NCBI GenBank assembly: GCA_964580935.1
Contig: CAZOLG010000001.1
Span: 3,114-67,113, forward strand
Direction of reading: 5' to 3'
DNA: 64,000 nt
Source: an uncultured Methanomassiliicoccales archaeon
GTDB lineage: Archaea; Thermoplasmatota; Thermoplasmata; Methanomassiliicoccales; CAZOLG01
Within the stretch, counting starts at the first letter, position 1; each line of letters starts with the position of its first letter. The notes beneath the pieces were generated by a model. That model was not told the origin of the DNA. It made no database searches and was given only the letters and a program-made list of their open reading frames with translations. The position numbers were made by a program, and so were the translations under genes. Positions 57,005 to 64,000 of this stretch are shown here, piece by piece.

Positions 57005-58360
57005 TCAGACAGAAGCGTCCAGCTTTCCTTCCAGGTAGGTCCCGTAACCGGAGAGATCCAGCAGCCCGTGGCCAGAGAAGTTGAAGACAATCGTCTTCTC
57101 CTCATTATTCCTCTTGGCCTCCAGGGCCTTGTCTATGACGGCCATTATGGCGTGATTGGTCTCCGGTGCGGGTATTACGCCCTCAGCCCTTGCGAACTTG
57201 ACGCCCGCTTCAAAGGTCGCTATCTGGTTGTAGGTCATCGGGGTGAAGACTCCTTCCTTCTTCAGTATACTCAGAGTGGGGGCCATGCCGTGGTACCTTA
57301 GACCTCCAGCATGGATGGGTGAAGGTGCAAACTCGTGCCCCAGGGTGTACATTTTGAGCAGAGGAGTCATTCCTGCTGTATCACCAAAGTCATATTCATA
57401 TTTCCCGTTGGATAGGGTGGGAACCGCCTTGGGCTCTACGGCTATGAATTCGGTATCTATCTTGCCGTCCAATTTTTTCTTGATCATGGGGAAGCTGAAA
57501 CCAGCCAGGTTGCTTCCACCCCCAGCACAACCGATCATGTAATCTGGTTCTATGTCCAGTATCTCGAGCTGCTTGATCACTTCCTGGCCTATGACCGATT
57601 GGTGGAGCATCACGTGATTCAGCACGCTGCCCAGCGAGTAGTTCGTCTTGTCGTCTTGAACCGCAACCTCGATGGCTTCGCTGATGGCGATGCCCAGCGA
57701 TCCGTGGTGATCTGGATTTTTTTCCATTACACCTTTACCGAATTTGGTCCTCTCGCTAGGTGAGGGGTAAATGTCGGCACCGTAGGTCTGCATCACGTTC
57801 CGCCTGTAGGGTTTCTGGTCGTAGCTAATCCTCACCATGTAAACTTCACAGTCGATGTCAAACAGCTGGCAGGCGAGTGAGAGGGCAGATCCCCACTGTC
57901 CGGCGCCCGTCTCTGTGGTCAATCTCTCAAACCCTTCCTTCATGTTGTAATAAGCCTGGGCAATGGCTGTATTCGGTTTGTGACTGCCAGTGGGACTCAG
58001 GTCCTCCCGTTTGTAGTATATCTTAGCTGGAGTGTTCAGCACTTTTTCCAGACCCGTCGCCCTCTGCAGTGGACTCGGGCGGTTAAGAAGCACCAGAGCA
58101 TCACGCACTTCATCAGGAATGTCGATATACCTTTTATCAGACATCTCCTGCGCTATCAAAGTCTTGGGAAAAATGGCCTCCAGATCCTCCGGGGATATGG
58201 GCTCCTTGGTCTCAGGATTGAGTGGAGGAGGAACCTGTTCAGGCAGGTCAGGCAGAATGTTATACCATTTTTTAGGTATGTCTTCAACGTCAAGCTGAAC
58301 CTTTCTCTCATTATTCAGTATTCTCATGGAAAATGATAATGTAAAATCAATATATAACAT
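57005..58360 (-). CDS. trpB2: TrpB-like PLP-dependent enzyme (tryptophan synthase beta, TrpB2 type)
   Basis: [19 protein letters not shown]-lysine block, [11 protein letters not shown], long TrpB2-type N-terminus. The likely start is the internal ATG at 58327. Confidence 0.88.
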   Translation of the reverse strand: MLYIDFTLSFSMRILNNERKVQLDVEDIPKKWYNILPDLPEQVPPPLNPETKEPISPEDLEAIFPKTLIAQEMSDKRYIDIPDEVRDALVLLNRPSPLQRATGLEKVLNTPAKIYYKREDLSPTGSHKPNTAIAQAYYNMKEGFERLTTETGAGQWGSALSLACQLFDIDCEVYMVRISYDQKPYRRNVMQTYGADIYPSPSERTKFGKGVMEKNPDHHGSLGIAISEAIEVAVQDDKTNYSLGSVLNHVMLHQSVIGQEVIKQLEILDIEPDYMIGCAGGGSNLAGFSFPMIKKKLDGKIDTEFIAVEPKAVPTLSNGKYEYDFGDTAGMTPLLKMYTLGHEFAPSPIHAGGLRYHGMAPTLSILKKEGVFTPMTYNQIATFEAGVKFARAEGVIPAPETNHAIMAVIDKALEAKRNNEEKTIVFNFSGHGLLDLSGYGTYLEGKLDASV

Positions 58361-58776
58361 TTATGAACTATAATGCATATGTTTATACATTATTTACCGC
58401 AGAATAATCATCTCCAGTACAGGGCAAGAACGGATAATACTTGCAGAGCAATTCGCCCACCATTCAGAATTGTTTGATAGATACGAAAATAATATTTCGG
58501 CTGACTTCACGGTCAATCCAAGGAGGAAATATAGGGGAAGTCTTGACGTTCTTCTGTGAAGTCAGCCTGGGTTGCTGTGCACTGTCAGGGTCCGACCGTC
58601 CAGATCTTTACTCCAGGTGCCGACTGGATTTCGTCGAATAGCAACAAGGAAATCGATGAGCACTCGATATAATACAGTCGCTTCCTCTATCATTTCTGAT
58701 AATTTGGTTACAGACCCGGCCCAGGTTCTCGTGTGCTGCTGGAGGCCAGGACACTATCAGATAATGCCTGTATCAC

Positions 58777-60558
58777 TCAAGAGTAGCCGCACCTCTTGCA
58801 TACGAAAGAACCTTCTTGGATGCCGATCTCTGCCCCACATTTTGGACAGGTCTTTCTGGGGTCGAGGGTGAGTACCTGTTCCGACCTGGCACCTTCCCTG
58901 TACACCGTGATCCCCTTGCATCCCAGTTGATGAGCAAACTTGAATATCTCCTTTACCCTTTCCTGTCCATACCCCCCGGGCAGGTTGATCGTCTTTGAGA
59001 CCGCATTGTCCACATTCTCCTGGAATATGGACTGTATTTTCACCTGTTCCCGAGGTAGGACATCGTGGGCGGTGGGAAAGAGATCGCGAACCTCCTCTGG
59101 TATCGCCTCCATATCCTGAATGGAGTGCTTTCTGGAGACTCTCTCGATCAACTCATCTGAGTAGAACCCCTCTTCCCTGGAGAGCTGAAGGAAATAGGGG
59201 TGCGTGATCCTCAAATGCTCCTCCTCCATCACGTTCTTGGTGTAGGAAACGGCGTATATCGGTTCTATACCGCTCGAACATCCAGCGATCATACTGATCG
59301 TACCCGTGGGCGCTATGCTAAGTACAGTAGCATTCCTTCTGGGAGCTTCCAGCACGCTCTTTTCGATATTGGGGAAACTGCCCCTGCTCTCCGCGATCCT
59401 CGTCGATTCCTTCTCCGCCTCCTCCCTCATGCAGGTGCTCAACTCGGAGGCGAATTCAAGAGATGCTTCGCTCCCGTAAGTCATACCCATCTTTATCAGT
59501 GAGTCCGCAAAACCCATCACTCCCAGCCCAATCTTGCGGTTTCCGGTTACGATCGTCTCAGTCTCCTCCATGGGAAATCTGGTAGCATCGATCACATTAT
59601 CCAGAAAACGTATTCCTTTGTGCACCAGCTCTCTGAATCTTTCCCAGTCGAACCTCTCTCCATCGGTCAGCCTGGATAGATCGATGGATCCCAGATTGCA
59701 GGCCTCGTAGGGGAGTAAGGGGACCTCGCCGCATGGGTTAGTGGCCTCGATGTCTCCCAGCAATGGGGTGGGGTTGTCTCTGTTGATTTCATCGACAAAT
59801 ATCAGGCCCGGGTCTCCAGTCTCTACCGCCATATGGCTGATCTCTTCCAGTATCTCTGAGGCGTTCAATGTACCCCAGGATTCCCCCGTCCTTGGGTTGA
59901 TCACATGATAATCTCTCTCTCCCGAGACCCGCTCCATGAAATCATCGGTGACAGCTACGGATATGTTGAAGTTCTTCAGGGCCTCAGGGTCTCCCTTGGA
60001 GTGAATGAAACCTCTGATGTCGGGGTGGTCCACCCTAAGTATGCCCATGGAAGCACCGCGCCTTCTGCCCCCCTGTTTGATGGCCTCTGTGGCGACATCG
60101 AACACCTTCATAAAGGACAGAGGGCCGGAGGCCACACCCCCCGTGGAGCCTACGATATCTCCCGAAGGTCTCAGTTTGGAGAAGGAAAAACCGGTCCCAC
60201 CCCCGCTCTGATGAATCAGAGCTGCTGATTTCACGGCATCGTATATGCTCTCAATCGAGTCTTCGATGGGGATGACGAAACAGGCCACCAGCTGCTGTAT
60301 CTCAGTACCAGCGTTCATGAGTGTGGGCGAATTGGGGAGAAAGTCCAAACTTACCATCATATCGAAGAATTCCTCTTCCTCGCGACCAACATCTCTATCT
60401 CCGTACTCGATGGATACTGAGGAGATGTTTCTGGCCACCCTGCGAAACATCTCCTCCGGGCTCTCTACTACCTCTCCCCGATCATCTTTCTTCAAGTACC
60501 TTCTTTTAAGGATGATCTCCGCATTCCTATCCAGAGCAGGAGATTTATCTATGCCCAT
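58777..60558 (-). CDS. nrdJ: Adenosylcobalamin-dependent (class II) ribonucleotide reductase
   Basis: LPNSPTLMNAG, NPCGEVPLLPYEACNLGSIDLS, GGGTGFSFS. C-terminal CPKCG...CKRCG ribbon. Confidence 0.9.
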   Translation of the reverse strand: MGIDKSPALDRNAEIILKRRYLKKDDRGEVVESPEEMFRRVARNISSVSIEYGDRDVGREEEEFFDMMVSLDFLPNSPTLMNAGTEIQQLVACFVIPIEDSIESIYDAVKSAALIHQSGGGTGFSFSKLRPSGDIVGSTGGVASGPLSFMKVFDVATEAIKQGGRRRGASMGILRVDHPDIRGFIHSKGDPEALKNFNISVAVTDDFMERVSGERDYHVINPRTGESWGTLNASEILEEISHMAVETGDPGLIFVDEINRDNPTPLLGDIEATNPCGEVPLLPYEACNLGSIDLSRLTDGERFDWERFRELVHKGIRFLDNVIDATRFPMEETETIVTGNRKIGLGVMGFADSLIKMGMTYGSEASLEFASELSTCMREEAEKESTRIAESRGSFPNIEKSVLEAPRRNATVLSIAPTGTISMIAGCSSGIEPIYAVSYTKNVMEEEHLRITHPYFLQLSREEGFYSDELIERVSRKHSIQDMEAIPEEVRDLFPTAHDVLPREQVKIQSIFQENVDNAVSKTINLPGGYGQERVKEIFKFAHQLGCKGITVYREGARSEQVLTLDPRKTCPKCGAEIGIQEGSFVCKRCGYS

Positions 60559-60715
60559 TGCGTGTAAGATATGAACGCGAAATAGGTTAATCTTCCGGTA
60601 TGTAACATATCAGAGTCTCATGATGAACTAGATATTTGGGTTGAGGCATAATAATTTATATTACTTTTTGAATCAAAATTAAACAAGCTAATCGAGTAAC
60701 AGAGAGGGAGATAAT

Positions 60716-60931
60716 ATGGCTGTAAAGGAATACGAAAGCGATCTGGGTTTCAAAATTCTAGTCGATCAAGATAAGTGTGAGGGCATTGGAAATTGTATCG
60801 AGGAGTGTCCCACTGACGTATACGAGCTTCAGGACAACAAGGCAGTACCAGTGAGGATAGACGAATGTGTTGAATGTTGTCTCTGCGTCGACGCATGTCC
60901 CACTGGAGCTATCGAGCACACCAGCTGCTGA
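60716..60931 (+). CDS. 2x[4Fe-4S] ferredoxin
   Basis: CEGIGNCIEECP and CVECCLCVDACP motifs. 71 aa. Confidence 0.85.
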   Translation: MAVKEYESDLGFKILVDQDKCEGIGNCIEECPTDVYELQDNKAVPVRIDECVECCLCVDACPTGAIEHTSC

Positions 60932-61056
60932 GCTTCGCGTTGGTTGGTAGAATCTATCTACCGTATTATCAGCTTGGCTGCTCCATTGAGGGCCGCTGTA
61001 CCAACGGGAGATATCTTAATAGTTGTGGAGAGCATATGCTGCATGGAGGAGGAGAG

Positions 61057-61293
61057 ATGAGATACGGAGCGGTCAGTAGATTCCCGAAGGATAAGCTGGT
61101 TGAGAAAGCCATAGAATATTTTGAACAGTTCGGTATGACTGTAGTTGAACAAACAGATAGCGCCCTCGTAATGGAGCGGGAGGGCGACGCTGTCACTATT
61201 CGTTTTGAAGATAGTGATCCCTTGGAGATCGAGATCCTCACCAAACAGATGGATATTCAGGTGAAGAAGTTCATTCAGAGGATTGCTGACTGA
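61057..61293 (+). CDS. Small hypothetical protein
   Basis: 78 aa from the ATG preceded by GGAGGAGGAGAG. The upstream part of the track ORF (from 60874) overlaps the ferredoxin gene and is probably not coding. Confidence 0.4.
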   Translation: MRYGAVSRFPKDKLVEKAIEYFEQFGMTVVEQTDSALVMEREGDAVTIRFEDSDPLEIEILTKQMDIQVKKFIQRIAD

Positions 61294-61369
61294 CTGCTGG
61301 TCTTATCTCAAATGAACAGCATTGGCAGACATCTAGCGACAGTCAATTCTCCATGGTTACCCGGGAAGT

Positions 61370-62086
61370 CTAGTCACTCTGGCTAGCCTGTTTGAACTCG
61401 TTGTAGAAACCGTCGCCCTGAATGATCACTCTGGGGACGTAATTGACCAATACTCTACCCAGGGATACCATCTCTGACTCTTGGGGAACCGGTTTGTCAA
61501 AGCCCGCAAAAGGTGCGTCATTGTCGGGGTTGCTCAAGAACTGATATAGCATAGCCTCTGTGGCAGTCCCCGATATCTGTTCTCCTATCGTTTCCATTAT
61601 CTCCTGGTCTATGAAACCTGGAATTACGCGAATCCAGACTCTGACCTTCTGACCTTTGAGAATCTCTATAGTCTTCTCCAATCGTTTTAAATATATCTCC
61701 GTTCTCTTTTCGCTCAAACCGGCAAGGTCTGAGTTGCACTTCAGTGAGTCAATGGGACACTTGACCTCCACTATATACTTGTGAACGAGTCCTATAGTCT
61801 GCTCAATGAAGTCAGGATCATAACCGCTGGTCTTCAGTATCGCCTTCTTCTCCATCCTCTGGAGACGATTTAGTATCTCCAGTACCCCCTCTTGTTGTAG
61901 GGTCGGTTCTGCTCCTCCCAAATAAACCTCCTCTACCGAGGGGTCGGCAACGAATTCCAGGACGTCCATAACATCGTATTCGATCTTCTCCCGATCGAGG
62001 TGCGTACAGTAATCACAGCTCAGTGGACACCCAAAGAAATCTATCTTTGCGCGATCTCCGTTCTTGCTCATCCCGATGAGTCTCAT
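61370..62086 (-). CDS. Radical SAM activase-like protein (NrdG/PflA-type small radical SAM)
   Basis: FGCPLSCDYCTH CxxxCxxC near the N-terminus. 238 aa. Confidence 0.75.
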   Translation of the reverse strand: MRLIGMSKNGDRAKIDFFGCPLSCDYCTHLDREKIEYDVMDVLEFVADPSVEEVYLGGAEPTLQQEGVLEILNRLQRMEKKAILKTSGYDPDFIEQTIGLVHKYIVEVKCPIDSLKCNSDLAGLSEKRTEIYLKRLEKTIEILKGQKVRVWIRVIPGFIDQEIMETIGEQISGTATEAMLYQFLSNPDNDAPFAGFDKPVPQESEMVSLGRVLVNYVPRVIIQGDGFYNEFKQASQSD

Positions 62087-62200
62087 AGGAACTACTCCAT
62101 TATACTCAGATGAATTATTTAGTTTGTGGATTGCAAGAACATCCTCCCCCGACGGAGAGGGACAGACAAGTAGGGGCTAACACAAGACTGGTGAAGTGAT

Positions 62201-62674
62201 TTAGGAACCGCTGGAAACAGTGCGGTATGAGATCACTTTCAGCTTGTCAAGATCATTGCTGAAATGGCTCGCCGGGTTGAGACTTATGATGATGTTGTTG
62301 TTCTTGTCCTTCAGCTCCCTGCCCAGCATCTTAAGGACCTGTAGGACTGGATAGAAGCCGTTCCACTTCTCAAGCACATCGAGACCGTTAATCACAACCA
62401 GACCGTTCTCGTTAGTAATGATGAAATCCTTGATGTCCTTCTTGAACAACTCCAGATTCATCGGAGGTATGCAGACTTCCCTGGTCCGCGGACTCAACCA
62501 CTTCGTCTTGAAAATACTATCATCGAATTCGAATTGAGAACGGAGTATATTAGGAGCCTTCTTGGAGATGTAAAGTGCTTTCCTACCTCGTGAAAGTTCT
62601 TCCCTCACGACCCGATGGGTCTTGAGGGGGACTCTTTCCATAAATAGATACAGTGTTCCTTTTGTAATTTCCAC
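62201..62674 (-). CDS. DUF835-domain protein
   Basis: ALYISKKAPNILRSQF...TKWLS...VVINGLDVLEKWNGF...IISLNP. Confidence 0.65.
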   Translation of the reverse strand: MEITKGTLYLFMERVPLKTHRVVREELSRGRKALYISKKAPNILRSQFEFDDSIFKTKWLSPRTREVCIPPMNLELFKKDIKDFIITNENGLVVINGLDVLEKWNGFYPVLQVLKMLGRELKDKNNNIIISLNPASHFSNDLDKLKVISYRTVSSGS

Positions 62675-62918
62675 AGTATACCTCCCCTGAAAGTCTAAAC
62701 AATATAACGCGTGTTAAGTATTAACCAGTTACGCGCTGCATGATTGCATTGGTGCAAGATATTCGCTACAATATTATTTTAAATGGTAAACTACTGAGTT
62801 ATCAGCATTGCATGTGAAAGAATTCTGTTTGCCAGAAGTCTTTCAGCTCGACTTTAATACTCTATCGACGAAGTGGGGCTCTGGGGACCCCACAATTCCT
62901 CAGCTCCGAAAAGGGTTG

Positions 62919-63216
62919 GTCAGGTGAGGGTAGTAGGCCCCCTTCTGTTTCAGGCAGCATTCAACTTAGCACCCTACCCGCCGGTCTAGAGAAATCTTCC
63001 CGGCTGTTTGGGCTTGCTCCGGTGGGGAGTCGCCGTTTCACCAAATCCCGGACCAACGTCATCGCCAGACGAATCATCCTCGGACCAGGCTGTGTCGTTT
63101 CTGCGCCCTTGCCCGGGCTCTCACCCGATCACCTTTCGCGATCCACCTTCTCTCGGAGGGGGGACCTTCCTCAGCTGGGTCAATGCCCTACCGTCAGCTG
63201 CCCTCCCTCTCCTGAC
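62919..63216 (-). ncRNA. rnpB: RNase P RNA (archaeal type A-like)
   Basis: The minus strand carries GAGGAAGGUCCCCCC (CR-I-like), GGUGAAACGGCG and ACAGAAGGGGGCCUAC (CR-IV-like). P1 GUCAGGAGAGGGA/UACCCUCACCUGAC, P2 GGCAGC/GCUGCC and P4 GGUCCCCC/GGGGGCC pair as expected. UUUU follows the 3' end. Confidence 0.85.
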
Positions 63217-63274
63217 GGGTCACTATCTATCGGTTCGTACTTAAATCTCACTGTGCTGCCCGTTAAGTGGTGGG

Positions 63275-63706
63275 TTAGCGGAGCACATCATCAGCCCTAA
63301 GTAGCTCGAGTCCCCTCTGCTGCATACTTTCGATGGCCTCTTCGATCTTGTCCACCCTCAGGATTAAGACTGAGTTCTCCCTGCCGGTGTACGCATACGA
63401 GTACTCGATATTGATTTCGTCTTCTTCCAGAATCTCGGCCACTTCGTATAGGCCACCCGGTTCGTTCTTCATCTTAACCCCTATCACTTCTGAACAGGTC
63501 AATGTGAATCCCATGTCTTTGAGTGTGTGATAGGCCCTCTCGGGATCGCTCACCAGGGCCCTGATCACCCCGAAGGCACCTGCTTCCGCAATGCAGAACG
63601 CGAGCATGTTGATCCCTTTGTCCTGTAAAGTCTTGGCCACTGAAGCCAGGCGGCCGGGGCGATTCTCCGAGAATATCGAGATCTGATTGATCATGTATTC
63701 GTTCAT
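63275..63706 (-). CDS. ACT-domain protein (two ACT repeats)
   Basis: ISIFSENRPGRLASVAKTLQDKGINMLAF and a second GVKMKNEPGGLYEVAEIL repeat. 4-nt overlap with the upstream PaaK-like gene. Confidence 0.85.
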   Translation of the reverse strand: MNEYMINQISIFSENRPGRLASVAKTLQDKGINMLAFCIAEAGAFGVIRALVSDPERAYHTLKDMGFTLTCSEVIGVKMKNEPGGLYEVAEILEEDEINIEYSYAYTGRENSVLILRVDKIEEAIESMQQRGLELLRADDVLR

Positions 63707-64000
63707 TCAGTCCATCTCTTGTCTATCACCCGGTCCGCCTTGCCCTTTGACCGGGGGAGGGAACCGGGTTCAACCAGCTCTACATTCACCTTGATGTTAA
63801 TAGTGTTTCTGAGTGTGTGGGCGATCTTCTCCTTCAGGGCCATAAGATCATCGATCTTGTCGCTGAATGCAGATTCACTCACTTCGATTCGGACCGTCAT
63901 GCTGCCCAGGGCACCTGTTCTTTCCACGATCACCTGGAAGTGATTGCCCGCCCCTGGTATGGACATCAGGGCGTGTTCTACCTGTGAAGGGAAGACGTTG
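63703..64000 (-). CDS. Phenylacetate-CoA ligase family (PaaK / F390 synthetase-like), C-terminal part only; 5' end off window
   Basis: The frame is open to the window end (NVFPSQVEHALMSIPG...). C-terminal ...VELVEPGSLPRSKGKADRVIDKR is typical of PaaK. Confidence 0.75.
   Translation of the reverse strand, partial: NVFPSQVEHALMSIPGAGNHFQVIVERTGALGSMTVRIEVSESAFSDKIDDLMALKEKIAHTLRNTINIKVNVELVEPGSLPRSKGKADRVIDKRWTE

Noticed and set aside
63008-63300. Two plus-strand ORFs of 78 and 92 aa.
   Set aside because: They overlap the RNase P RNA gene. Translations are P/S/G-rich with no motif.
1-64000. Scanned for CRISPR arrays, rRNA genes, transposases and integrases.
   Set aside because: None were seen. 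The only mobile-element signal is the rtcB att-like duplication, which has no integrase in the window.

Overview
Archaeal methanogen chromosome segment, moderately GC-rich by eye except for an A+T-rich left end. The centre (about 13.5-41.3 kb) is a dense methanogenesis island. It holds a corrinoid methyltransferase cluster: corrinoid protein, a hydantoinase-like ASKHA protein, two tandem MtaA/MtsA-family methyltransferases, RamA, and a soluble MtrA/MtrH-like pair. It also holds ycaO, mcrBDGA plus a small coupled ORF, atwA-mcrC and mmp3-mmp6-mmp5-mmp15-mmp17-mmp7. No methanol or methylamine substrate methyltransferase is present in the window. A methyl-reducing lineage (Methanomassiliicoccales-like) is only my inference.

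Flanking genes include:
- Nucleic-acid and central metabolism: rtcB, tRNA-His, argF, RecJ-like and RNase-H-like nucleases, class II RNR, TrpB2, RNase P RNA.
- A copper module: copR-like regulator, copA, and a small YHS/TRASH ORF.
- Regulators and paralog families: a STAND-TPR regulator and four DUF835 paralogs.

Features the ORF track misses:
- An open-ended DGQHR protein at the left edge, in an HNH/DGQHR A+T-rich island.
- An att-like duplication of the rtcB 3' end.
- The 48-aa YHS protein.
- RNase P RNA.
- tRNA-His.
- An unidentified ~268-nt structured RNA.

The most unusual object is a 93-aa secreted or anchored mini-protein with four exact GIPGNSPH octapeptides maintained through synonymous codon changes.

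All family assignments are motif recognition by eye. No searches were run.
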